Source of the DNA: a bacterium
Lineage (GTDB): Bacteria; DRYD01
Assembly (NCBI GenBank): GCA_046294045.1
Contig: JBKBIY010000001.1
Coordinates: forward strand, 1 to 34,587
Direction: 5' to 3'
DNA: 34,587 nt
Part shown: positions 23,716-32,550 of the stretch, piece by piece
How positions within the stretch are numbered: the stretch's first letter is position 1
Layout of the letters: every line of letters starts with the position of its first letter
The notes under the pieces: generated by a model
What the model was told of the DNA's origin: nothing
Database searches by the model: none
Seen by the model: the letters and a program-made list of their open reading frames with translations, nothing else
Position numbers and translations under genes: made by a program

Positions 23716-24273
23716 TTAATTTTCATCGAAGAAAAAGTCTTCGAAATCATCCTCCTGTATTCTTTTTGATTTTGATTTATATGATTTAGATTCAAATTCT
23801 TCATCTATATCGAATTCGTCAAAATCTCTATATGGTTTTTGATAGGTTTTTTCGGGCTTTCTTTCAACTCTTTCAGGTTTTTCATATTTTTCCGATTTTT
23901 CATATTTTTCAGGTTTTTCGTATTCCATTTTCTTGGTAGCTTTAGTTTCTTCAAGCCTTTTATCTTGATCAGGACGCTTGTCAAGCATCCTGAAATTATC
24001 TACAATTATCTCGTATATTTTTCTTTTAGATCCATCTTGAGATTCATAAGTCCTTGTTTGTATCCTTCCTTCGATCATTACCAATCTACCTTTTGTAAGA
24101 TATTTGGAAGCTATTTCAGCTTGTTTATCAAAGGATACAATATCAAAATAATCGGTTTCTTCGTTAGTTCTATCAACAGCAATGGAAAATGTGGAAACCG
24201 CTTTCCCTTGTTGACTATACTTTAAAGTAGGTTCATTAACAATCCTCCCTATTAAAAAAACTTTGTTATACAT
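23716..24273 (-). CDS. ssb: Single-stranded DNA-binding protein
   Basis: 185 aa. OB fold N-terminus MYNKVFLIGRIVNEPTLKYSQQGKAVSTFSIAVDR..RLVMIEGRIQTRTYE, a repetitive charged linker, and an acidic/aromatic C-terminus EDDFEDFFFDEN. Confidence 0.9.
   Translation of the reverse strand: MYNKVFLIGRIVNEPTLKYSQQGKAVSTFSIAVDRTNEETDYFDIVSFDKQAEIASKYLTKGRLVMIEGRIQTRTYESQDGSKRKIYEIIVDNFRMLDKRPDQDKRLEETKATKKMEYEKPEKYEKSEKYEKPERVERKPEKTYQKPYRDFDEFDIDEEFESKSYKSKSKRIQEDDFEDFFFDEN
23833..23925 (-). repeat. Coding tandem repeats in the SSB linker (EKPEKYEKSEKYEKPERVERKPEK)
   Basis: Reiterated ttttcatatttttc / ggtttttc units are visible on the plus strand at about 23875-23925. Confidence 0.7.
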
Positions 24274-24336
24274 AAAACGCTCCTTTGTTGTGGGATTTTA
24301 TATACCGCCCAACCCACAAAGCGGTAATTTTATACC

Positions 24337-25845
24337 TCACCTACGGCTAAATAAAAAATTTTCGATTAATTTTTCAAATAATTTTCCTCTTTCTTCAGCG
24401 GAGTTAAACAAATCAAAACTAGCTCCCCCTGGAGCCAAAAGTATACCTATCCTTTCATAATTTGGACTTTCAACACAAGCTAAGGATACAGCCTTATCAA
24501 AAGCATTCTCCAAACTATCAAAAGCATACATATACTTCAAAGAAAACTTCATAAACGGAGTAATAAAAGTATCCGCATATTTACCAAAACTAATAACACC
24601 TAATAAATTATCCTTTATACGATAAGCAAGTTTTTCCAATTCTTGTACAAATTCCTCCTTAGAAGAATACTTATAAACCCCTCCCATTAAAAGAATCACA
24701 GCAAAATTTTTAAAATTAGAAAACGAATTTTTTACAGTTTCTATACTCCACCTAGTAGCCTCCAAATTAGTAGCCTTACTGTCATTAAAGAATTCTATAT
24801 TCCCCCATTTACCACAACTATTTAACCTATAATCCAACGGTACAAAATTATTCAAAACCTCAACAATTTTACTAAGATCCATCTTTTTCTTATTACTTTT
24901 ATAATATAGATACACTGCAAGCAAAGATGGAAGAAGATTATTTAAATATATTCCTTCCTTTTTAAAAACTGAGTTTTCTATCAAATCTAAACTAATCTCA
25001 ATGTTATTGCTTTTTTTCTTCAAATTCTCAATAATAATTTTACCATTTTTGTAAAAAATACAACTTCCATATTTCAAATCTCCTTTAACTTTGCTGCTTT
25101 GTGGATAAAATAGATTTATTGAGGACTTTAAAGTTTTATAATCTAAGTTTTCAACAATATTTTTCTCAAAAGGATCAAAAATAGCGAAATCTTTTTTAAA
25201 TTGAAAGTAAAACAACTTTAATTTAGAATTAATGTAATCCTGCATAGTGATATGCCTATCTAAATGATCAGGAGAGATATTGGTAATTACAGCTATATGT
25301 GCTCTAAAATTATTAGTCATTTTTAATTGAAAAGAGCTTAATTCCAAAACAATTATAGGATTATCTATATCTTTACAACGATAAACCACCTCTGAAAAAG
25401 GTTCACCAATATTTCCACCTATATAAACATTGTTTTCAGTTTCTTTCAAAAATTTATATATTAAAGTGGTTACAGTACTTTTACCATTAGTACCGGTTAC
25501 ACCAATGATAGTTTTGTTTTTATCAAGTATTCTATAAGCAGCTTCTATTTCGGAGATTACAGGAACATTAACAGATTGAGCATACTGTATTATTGGGTGA
25601 TCAAAAGGAACGCCTGGGCTTACTATCAAAAATTTATAGTTTTTTATCTCATTTATTACATATTGAGGTTGCTTACCTAGATAGACTTCGGTAAAATATC
25701 CTGAGTATTGTGAAGGTATAATCAAATTATAATTATCATCAAACCCTTTTACCTTAAATCCGATGGTATTATATAATTTTGCGGCTGCTAAACCGCTTTT
25801 GGAAAGCCCAACTATTCCAACACAATCCTTCTTCACCCTAACCAT
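24337..25845 (-). CDS. murD: UDP-N-acetylmuramoyl-L-alanine--D-glutamate ligase
   Basis: 502 aa. N-terminal Rossmann VGIVGLSKSGLAAAK, Mur ligase P-loop GVTGTNGKSTV, and NISPDHLDRH. Confidence 0.9.
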   Translation of the reverse strand: MVRVKKDCVGIVGLSKSGLAAAKLYNTIGFKVKGFDDNYNLIIPSQYSGYFTEVYLGKQPQYVINEIKNYKFLIVSPGVPFDHPIIQYAQSVNVPVISEIEAAYRILDKNKTIIGVTGTNGKSTVTTLIYKFLKETENNVYIGGNIGEPFSEVVYRCKDIDNPIIVLELSSFQLKMTNNFRAHIAVITNISPDHLDRHITMQDYINSKLKLFYFQFKKDFAIFDPFEKNIVENLDYKTLKSSINLFYPQSSKVKGDLKYGSCIFYKNGKIIIENLKKKSNNIEISLDLIENSVFKKEGIYLNNLLPSLLAVYLYYKSNKKKMDLSKIVEVLNNFVPLDYRLNSCGKWGNIEFFNDSKATNLEATRWSIETVKNSFSNFKNFAVILLMGGVYKYSSKEEFVQELEKLAYRIKDNLLGVISFGKYADTFITPFMKFSLKYMYAFDSLENAFDKAVSLACVESPNYERIGILLAPGGASFDLFNSAEERGKLFEKLIENFLFSRR

Positions 25846-26555
25846 TATATCCTCCTTGTAAACATTAGTATTATAAATTTCAAAATTTTTATAAACCTTG
25901 GAATCCTTCTTATATCACTAAGAATTCTGTACATCCATTCCAATTTCATTTTTCTGAGAACAAAAGGAGCTCTTTTGTAAACCCCTGCCCACACATCAAT
26001 GCTTCCACCAATACCTATCGCCACATTAAAATTTAATCTATCGATATTTTTATATATCCATTTTTCTTGCTTAGGGCTTCCCATACCTACAAGCAAAACC
26101 TCAGGACTGCTTAAATTTATTTCCTCTATTACTCTTTCCTCATCCGCAAAATAACCATCATTATAACCTACAATGTTACAATTTTCATATAATTTCCTAA
26201 GATTTTCAACAGCTCTTCTAACTATACTCTCTTTTGTTCCTAAAATAAAAACTCTATAACCAGATTTAACAATTTCTTGAGCAATATCTATACCATTAAC
26301 AGGTTCAACTTTTATTCCCATTTTCTTCGAGTATAAAAGACAGATTCCAACAGATTCCAACACAACCACGCTATTATCAATTATCTTCTTAAACTCCAAA
26401 TCTTCCATAGAATCGATAAACATTTCAGTATTAAGAGTAACAATCATTTCTTTCCTATTTTGCTTTATAGCTTGATCTATATAATCTTTTACATTTTCAA
26501 AATAAAACAAAATTTTTTTAGGATTTAGATGAGAGATATTTAAATTTTCCTGCAT
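25845..26555 (-). CDS. WecG/TagA/CpsF-family glycosyltransferase
   Basis: Family signature LLVGMGSPKQEKWIY and VAIGIGGSIDVWAG. The ATG at 26555 is preferred over the track TTG at 26567. Either start overlaps the cysS 3' end. TAATG overlap with murD. Confidence 0.9.
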   Translation of the reverse strand: MQENLNISHLNPKKILFYFENVKDYIDQAIKQNRKEMIVTLNTEMFIDSMEDLEFKKIIDNSVVVLESVGICLLYSKKMGIKVEPVNGIDIAQEIVKSGYRVFILGTKESIVRRAVENLRKLYENCNIVGYNDGYFADEERVIEEINLSSPEVLLVGMGSPKQEKWIYKNIDRLNFNVAIGIGGSIDVWAGVYKRAPFVLRKMKLEWMYRILSDIRRIPRFIKILKFIILMFTRRI

Positions 26556-27949
26556 CTTGTTCCCCAAGGAGTATCCTCAACAATATATCCCATTTGCCTA
26601 ATTTTATTTCTAATTTCATCAGCTAAGGAGTAATTTTTATTTTCTTTAGCTTTTTTGCGTTCCTCGATTAAGACAGAGATTTCTGAAGGTATTTCGGGTA
26701 TATTTAACAAATTCAATCCCAGTACGCTATCGGCTTTATTAATGAGATTTATCAAATATTGACTTTCTTTTTTACCAACACTTTTAGGATACTTATTAAG
26801 AAAAACAAAAAATTGATTAGAAAGTTCAAATAAAGAAGCTGCGGCTTTAGGAGTATTTACGTCCTCTTTTAAAGCCTCTTCAAATTCCTTAATAAAAACC
26901 TCCCCAATCTTAATAATATCCTCATTTACATCTTCATTACCGTTTTTCAAATTACTAAAATTTCTTATATCAAATAAAGTAGCAGTAAAAGAATATAAGG
27001 AATTAAGAGCACTTTCAGCACCTTTTAAATTTTCAAAAGTAAAATTTAGTTTATTTCTATAGTGAGTTTGTAAATATAACAACCTCAAAGCTAAAGGATT
27101 TGGAATATCATTAATTGTAATTATGTTATTAAGGGATTTACTCATTTTTTGACCTTCAACGATAAGATGGTTAACATGGAACCAATATTTAGCGAGCGTG
27201 CAACCAAAAGCTCCTTCGGATTGAGCAATCTCGTTTTCATGATGCGGAAAAATTAAATCTATACCACCAGCATGAATATCAAAAGGCTGATTTAAATATT
27301 TTCTGTTCATTGCACTACATTCTATATGCCAACCTGGCCTACCTTTACCTAGCTCAGTTTCCCAGAATATTTCCCCATCCTCTGGATCATAAGCTTTCCA
27401 TAAAGCAAAATCCGCCGGAGTTTCCTTATCATATTGATCTGTATCTATCCTAACACCCTTCTTTAAACCTGACAAATCAATTTTGCTTAACTTACCATAT
27501 TCTTTAAAATCAGAAACTCTGTAATAAACGCTTCCATCTTCAGCTTTATAAGCTAACCCTTTTTCCAATAATTTTTTTATTATGTGTACCATTTCAGAAA
27601 TATGTTCAGTAGCCCTGGGATAAAAAGTAGCCGGTTTTATATTTAATTTACCTATACTTTCAAAAAAATATTTTTCATACTTTAAAGTATATTCTCTTAA
27701 AGGCACTTTATATTGGTTTACAGCTTTTATTATTTTGTCATCAACATCGGTTATATTTATAACTAAGATCACTTCATAAGAAAAATATTCCAAAGTTCTT
27801 CTTAGGAAATCAACGCAACAAAAAGTTCTTAGATTACCTATATGAGGGTAATCATATACCGTAGGTCCGCAAGCGTATATCCCAACTTTAGGGAAATTTA
27901 AAGGTACAAATTCCTCTATTTTTCCTGATAAAGTATTATATATTTTCAT
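26540..27949 (-). CDS. cysS: Cysteine--tRNA ligase
   Basis: 469 aa: class I HIGN (YDYPHIGNLRT), KMSKS, GWHIECS. Confidence 0.97.
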   Translation of the reverse strand: MKIYNTLSGKIEEFVPLNFPKVGIYACGPTVYDYPHIGNLRTFCCVDFLRRTLEYFSYEVILVINITDVDDKIIKAVNQYKVPLREYTLKYEKYFFESIGKLNIKPATFYPRATEHISEMVHIIKKLLEKGLAYKAEDGSVYYRVSDFKEYGKLSKIDLSGLKKGVRIDTDQYDKETPADFALWKAYDPEDGEIFWETELGKGRPGWHIECSAMNRKYLNQPFDIHAGGIDLIFPHHENEIAQSEGAFGCTLAKYWFHVNHLIVEGQKMSKSLNNIITINDIPNPLALRLLYLQTHYRNKLNFTFENLKGAESALNSLYSFTATLFDIRNFSNLKNGNEDVNEDIIKIGEVFIKEFEEALKEDVNTPKAAASLFELSNQFFVFLNKYPKSVGKKESQYLINLINKADSVLGLNLLNIPEIPSEISVLIEERKKAKENKNYSLADEIRNKIRQMGYIVEDTPWGTRCRKI

Positions 27950-28545
27950 ACACTTTGAAGAAGTTCATCTAGTACTAAAATTTCCACTCCTTTACTTATC
28001 ATAGTTTTAATAGCTTCTTCACTGTCATTAGGTTTTAAATCAACACCTTTAATAGCGTCAATTAAGAGGTATACTTTATATCCTAATTCCACAGCTGATA
28101 AGACAGTATTAAGTACACAATAATCAGTAGCAACTCCACAAACATAGACATTTTTTATATTTCTATTTTGTAATTCTTGATGTAAATTTGTATTTTCAAA
28201 TCCTGAATAAGCTTCAATGTTAGGTTCATAAGCTTTAGAAATAATTATACTTTCCTTTGGGATATATATATCAGGGTGAAACTCTGCTCCTTTGGTATTT
28301 TGTACACAATGTTTAGGCCAAATTCCTCCGTTTTCCTTGAAAGATACGTGATTTTCTGGATGCCAATCCCTTGTAAATACTATAACTTTACCTTTCCTTT
28401 CAAAAAACTTTATGTACTCATTAATAATAGGTATTATGGTGTCAGAATTAGGTACTTCTAGTGAACCACCTGGTAAAAAATCATTTTGCATGTCAACTAC
28501 AATCAAAGCTGAGTCGTCTAAATTTATGTTTTTCATTTTCAACAC
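27946..28545 (-). CDS. pncA: Nicotinamidase/pyrazinamidase (isochorismatase superfamily)
   Basis: 199 aa: ALIVVDMQNDFLPGGSLEV, metal site DWHPENHVSF, catalytic Cys in GVATDYCV. Confidence 0.9.
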   Translation of the reverse strand: MLKMKNINLDDSALIVVDMQNDFLPGGSLEVPNSDTIIPIINEYIKFFERKGKVIVFTRDWHPENHVSFKENGGIWPKHCVQNTKGAEFHPDIYIPKESIIISKAYEPNIEAYSGFENTNLHQELQNRNIKNVYVCGVATDYCVLNTVLSAVELGYKVYLLIDAIKGVDLKPNDSEEAIKTMISKGVEILVLDELLQSV

Positions 28546-28585
28546 CCCCCGTTTCCTGTCTAAAATATTTTCCCCTCTAGAATAT

Positions 28586-29032
28586 TTACCAATCTAGAAT
28601 AAAGGTTACAGGTCCATCATTTATTATTCCTACTTCCATATGTTCACCAAAAGCTCCTATCTTTACTTTATTCCATTTTTTTCTAAACTCCTTTTCCAAA
28701 TTATCAAATAAAAAGCTTGCTTTATCAAAATCCAAAGATTTATCAAAAGAAGGTCTCCTACCTCTTGAAAGATCCCCATACAAAGTAAATTGTGAAACTA
28801 ATAAAATTTCCCCATCAATATCAATTAAAGAAAGATTCATCTTACCTTTTTCATCCTCAAAAATCCTTAAATTAATAACTTTTTCTACTAATTTTCCATA
28901 AGAATCAATAACCGAAGGATAATCTTCCTTACAAAAACCTACCAAAATATTTATCCCTCTTGATATCCTACTTATCTCAGTATTTCCAACCCTTACATAA
29001 GAAAGCTTTACTCTTTGAATTACTAATCTCAT
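28586..29032 (-). CDS. dtd: D-aminoacyl-tRNA deacylase
   Basis: 148 aa: MRLVIQRV, SQFTLYGD, NDGPVTF. Confidence 0.95.
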   Translation of the reverse strand: MRLVIQRVKLSYVRVGNTEISRISRGINILVGFCKEDYPSVIDSYGKLVEKVINLRIFEDEKGKMNLSLIDIDGEILLVSQFTLYGDLSRGRRPSFDKSLDFDKASFLFDNLEKEFRKKWNKVKIGAFGEHMEVGIINDGPVTFILDW

Positions 29033-29045
29033 AAATCATTACTGA

Positions 29046-30620
29046 CTATTCATTACTAATAAAATTTAAGGATTCTTTAAAGTACTCCAAAAATTCTCTA
29101 TTATAGCTAACCTTTTGAATATCTATTTTAGAAATTAATTTTTTAGCTTCTTCTTTATTGCCGTTTAAAAATAACAAATTAGCTAAAGAAATTTTATATA
29201 GCCAAACCGGTTCCACATCAAAAATCAATGTTTTCTTCCTGTAAGGAAAAATAGGTATAACAACACTAAAAAATCTCTTTGTATCAAGCGAATTAATTCT
29301 TTGTGAAATTATCTCCAAAGCTTTCTTGTAATCACCATTTAACCAATATAACACTGCTAAATTGTAGTTTACAAGTAAATCTTTTTCGTCAACTTTTAAA
29401 TATTTTTCAAAATTTTCTTTAGATTCTTCAAATTTTTCCAATAACATCAAAATAAAACCTTTATCGTTGTAATATTCATAATCGTAAGCTAACAAGGGAA
29501 GAGAAATAATCTTGTATCCTACTTGCGGATTACTCTTTAAAGAGGAAATTATCAATTTTACAAAATTGGAATAAATTTCCTGAGAAGTATAGTGAATCAA
29601 ATCAGCCGAGAAAATCTCTAAACCATGCTTACCAAGAAAATCTTTGATGTTAACGTTAAGATTTTTAGCTTCCTTTATCTCAAATAAATAGTATTTATTT
29701 TGAAATCCCAATATTAAAACCTTTTTATCAAGTAAACAAAATATTAGTGAAAAAGGATAAATTGTTAGCAAATCGTCCAATTCTATATTTCCAACCAAAT
29801 CAGAACCCCAATTAGGATATAAATCTAATACACTCAAATAAGAAAAACTTCCTAACTTAGATAAAACATCCAAAAACCTATATATTTCCTTATCTTGATC
29901 ACTTATGACCAAGTTTTCAAGCTTTTTAGAAGATAAGTCAGACAAAATTTTATATTTATAATAGATCCTTCCAACCAGATCCACATCTAACAAAAACTTA
30001 TAAGGATTTTCTTCATATTGAGGATTCAAAAGAAAATACAAAAACCTATTTTTTTCTTTTTCACCAGGATACATTCCCATATCATTTCCGATAGAAAAAT
30101 TATCTTCAATATAACTTAAAATCGCATACATCAAAAATTTATTTAAATTTATCTTCTCACTTTCTTGAGAAAGATCAAAAATTTTTTCTTGCATTTTACC
30201 TATAACTTTATACAAAAAGTATATTTCAAAGAAATTATTTGAAAGCAATTTTAAACAATTTATCCAGAAATTAGAAGAAAAACCTTTTCTTAAATTTTTA
30301 TTTTCGAAAACCAAAAATGATATAAGGACAACTTTTAGCCAGGTAGGTAAATTATCTAAATCAATACTTTCTAAAGAGGGATTTATCTCCTTCCAAAGGG
30401 AAATTTCAACGGTAGATATTATTATGGTGTCATCTTTAGGAGTTACGTTTCGAATAGAATTGTAATTAAAACAATTAATAACGGTTTTATTTTCTATCTT
30501 ATCTTCGGAATAGGTATAGCCTAGGTTTTGGATAATTTCATGAGTTAAAAATTTTGCTAATGTTTGGCTTGAGGTGTATAGTAGGGTGGGTTTATTTTTT
30601 TTAGTTATTAGGTGGAGCAT
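29046..30620 (-). CDS. Hypothetical 524-aa cytoplasmic protein with C-terminal TPR-like repeats
   Basis: Long uninterrupted ORF with no TM helices or nucleotide-binding motifs that I can see. The C-terminal part has TPR-like helices (LVNYNLAVLYWLNGDYKKALEIISQ; LANLLFLNGNKEEAKKLISK). The start ATG lies 8 nt after the tRNA-Gly 3' end. Confidence 0.6.
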   Translation of the reverse strand: MLHLITKKNKPTLLYTSSQTLAKFLTHEIIQNLGYTYSEDKIENKTVINCFNYNSIRNVTPKDDTIIISTVEISLWKEINPSLESIDLDNLPTWLKVVLISFLVFENKNLRKGFSSNFWINCLKLLSNNFFEIYFLYKVIGKMQEKIFDLSQESEKINLNKFLMYAILSYIEDNFSIGNDMGMYPGEKEKNRFLYFLLNPQYEENPYKFLLDVDLVGRIYYKYKILSDLSSKKLENLVISDQDKEIYRFLDVLSKLGSFSYLSVLDLYPNWGSDLVGNIELDDLLTIYPFSLIFCLLDKKVLILGFQNKYYLFEIKEAKNLNVNIKDFLGKHGLEIFSADLIHYTSQEIYSNFVKLIISSLKSNPQVGYKIISLPLLAYDYEYYNDKGFILMLLEKFEESKENFEKYLKVDEKDLLVNYNLAVLYWLNGDYKKALEIISQRINSLDTKRFFSVVIPIFPYRKKTLIFDVEPVWLYKISLANLLFLNGNKEEAKKLISKIDIQKVSYNREFLEYFKESLNFISNE

Positions 30621-30628
30621 TTAGGGAA

Positions 30629-30700
30629 AGCGGTAGACGGGACTCGAACCCGCGACCTCCTGCTTGGAAGGCAGGAGCTCTACCACTGAGCTACTACCGC
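30629..30700 (-). tRNA. tRNA-Gly (anticodon UCC)
   Basis: Hand-folded cloverleaf of the reverse complement: GCGGTAG/TA/GCTC-AGTGGTA-GAGC/T/CCTGC-CTTCCAA-GCAGG/AGGTC/GCGGG-TTCGAGT-CCCGT/CTACCGC + T. CCA is not encoded. Confidence 0.9.
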
Positions 30701-30715
30701 CCATATTTATTTATT

Positions 30716-31687
30716 CTATACCAAACTAAAGCCCTCCTCCTTCAAAATCCTTGCAAAATCCTTTGCAAAATAAGTAATAATAACATCAGCTCCAGCCCTC
30801 TTTATAGCATATAAAACCTCTATCATTAATTTCTCCCAATTCTCAGAATTCCTTATCATATAATATTCTCCGCTAACATTATAAGCAGCCAAAGGTACCA
30901 AAATTCTTTCCTTTATCTTTGTAATCACATCAAGATAAGCCAAAGCTGGTTTTACCATAACTATGTCTGCACCTTCTTCCGCATCTTTAACACTTTCCAA
31001 AATCGCAATTTCAACATTTCTGTAATCCAATTGATAAGAGCTTCTGTCTCCCGCTTTAGGAGCTGAATCCGCAGCTTCTCTAAAAGGTCCATAAAAAGCA
31101 CTGTTAAACTTCGTAGAATAACTCATTATTCCAACCCAATTAAAACCATTCTCATCTAAAACCTTCCTTATGCTTTTTACTTGATAATCCATCATAGCAC
31201 TGGGGGCAACAAAATCCGCTCCACTTTCCGCATAAACTAATGAAATTCTATTCAAAATCTCCAAAGTTTTATCATTATCCACATACCCATTGACAATTAC
31301 TCCGCACTGTCCCGTGTTAGTATAAGAGCAAACGCATACATCCGCAAAAATAACAACCTCATCCCCAAAAATTTCCCTTATCTTCCTTATAGCTTTGGGT
31401 ACTATACCATCCTTTTCGTAAGCCCATCTAGCATTTTCATCCTTCCTACTTTCCACCCCAAATAACAAAAAATTTCTTATACCTAACCTTAAACACTCTT
31501 CCATCTCCCTTATTAAATTATCAATAGAAAATCTATAAATCCCCTTCATTGTTTTTATTTCTTCTTTTACATTCTCTCCTTCAACCGCAAACAAAGGATA
31601 TATAAAATTTCTTAAATCCAGTTTAACATTGGATGTCAAATCTATTAAGTGTTTATTTTTTCTTAATCTTCTTAGCATAAATTCCAC
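30716..31687 (-). CDS. hemB: Porphobilinogen synthase (delta-aminolevulinate dehydratase), Zn-type
   Basis: 323 aa. Cys-rich metal site DVCVCSYTNTGQCG (C-x-C-x7-C), Schiff-base lysine context VMVKPA, and AYNVSGEY. Confidence 0.95.
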   Translation of the reverse strand: MEFMLRRLRKNKHLIDLTSNVKLDLRNFIYPLFAVEGENVKEEIKTMKGIYRFSIDNLIREMEECLRLGIRNFLLFGVESRKDENARWAYEKDGIVPKAIRKIREIFGDEVVIFADVCVCSYTNTGQCGVIVNGYVDNDKTLEILNRISLVYAESGADFVAPSAMMDYQVKSIRKVLDENGFNWVGIMSYSTKFNSAFYGPFREAADSAPKAGDRSSYQLDYRNVEIAILESVKDAEEGADIVMVKPALAYLDVITKIKERILVPLAAYNVSGEYYMIRNSENWEKLMIEVLYAIKRAGADVIITYFAKDFARILKEEGFSLV

Positions 31688-31706
31688 CTTCCCCTAATTT
31701 ATTTAA

Positions 31707-32540
31707 TCATATTTTGGAGAAAATAATCGTTACTTTAGCTATAATCCAAGCGCCGGGATATAAAACAAAATGAGCTAAAATCGTACCCAAAACCGAAGTA
31801 ACCATTATAACCCAAATAACATTATACAAATATTCTATCCTTTCCTGTTTATTGTAAACTTTATCAGTAATATTAGCAACAATGGGGTCTAAAAAGATGG
31901 TAAATAGAACGGTAGCAACTCCGTTAACTATTCCAGAAAGAATGGTAGCAGTCCTAGCAAACTCTGGGGCTAATACACTAGCGTACATAGCAGACAAAAC
32001 CCCAGTGGTCCAAAAAGCTCCTATCAAAGTAGAAGACCAAAAAACAACAGAAGGTACCCTCTTTAACTCCTTATAACTTAAATAAAATACAGGCTTACTA
32101 ATATTCCTTACAAAAAAAAACCAACTCCTAGGATTAAAAAAATATAGAAATGTTTTAACCAAATTTCTATCCTTATCAAATAAAACTATCCATTTTTCAA
32201 AAATTTTTTCAAAAGTGGTAAAGAAAAAAAATCCAACCAAATACCCCAATGTCCCAGCAAATATTATCATATGTAACTTTATTTTTAACTCTTCTAAACT
32301 GTTGTTTTTGTAAGCCAGGTCAACCATTGAACCTAAAAAAGGAGTTTGAATTAAATTTGACAATCTGCTAATTAATGAGATAACATTTAAAAGGGAAAAC
32401 GAAGTGGTTATTAATTCAGTTTTTATACCTGCAAATCTCAAAGCTCCAGAAACCATCCCCAAAAAATAAATAAAAAAAGTAATAAAAAAAACTACCACAA
32501 ACTTCTTATCCCCAAAAACATAAAACCAATTTTCAAACAT
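31707..32540 (-). CDS. Polytopic membrane protein, Amj (DUF2837)-like putative lipid II flippase
   Basis: 277 aa. The N-terminal segment GALRFAGIKTELITTSFSLLNVISLISRLSNLIQTPFLGSMVD resembles my memory of the Amj/YdaH consensus (..RLAGVRT..A.SLFN...L.SR..N..Q.P..). The call is from memory, with moderate confidence only. Confidence 0.5.
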   Translation of the reverse strand: MFENWFYVFGDKKFVVVFFITFFIYFLGMVSGALRFAGIKTELITTSFSLLNVISLISRLSNLIQTPFLGSMVDLAYKNNSLEELKIKLHMIIFAGTLGYLVGFFFFTTFEKIFEKWIVLFDKDRNLVKTFLYFFNPRSWFFFVRNISKPVFYLSYKELKRVPSVVFWSSTLIGAFWTTGVLSAMYASVLAPEFARTATILSGIVNGVATVLFTIFLDPIVANITDKVYNKQERIEYLYNVIWVIMVTSVLGTILAHFVLYPGAWIIAKVTIIFSKI

Positions 32541-32550
32541 TTTTAATTAA

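Noticed and set aside
23839-24225. 128-aa plus-strand ORF antisense to ssb (F/R-rich repeats)
   Set aside because: It is the reverse-complement reading of the EK-rich SSB linker repeats. The ssb frame has clear OB-fold motifs, so the antisense ORF is a by-product. The neighbouring 24263-24460 ORF likewise overlaps the murD 3' end.
26341-26360. Tandem CAGATTCCAA x2
   Set aside because: It lies inside the WecG/TagA coding frame (encoding ..LESVGIC..) and is in frame and short. It is most simply a coincidental codon-level repeat.
28276-28597. Plus-strand ORFs 28276-28461 and 28412-28597
   Set aside because: They are antisense to pncA and the pncA-dtd junction. No supporting signals.
22280-30700. 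The two tRNA genes as possible integration sites flanking a genomic island
   Set aside because: There are no integrase, recombinase or partial tRNA direct repeats. The intervening genes (ssb, murD, cysS, dtd and others) are core housekeeping genes with the same composition as the rest of the window.
31882-32076. Plus-strand 64-aa ORF inside the Amj-like gene
   Set aside because: It is antisense to a hydrophobic membrane protein frame, is short, and has no SD.
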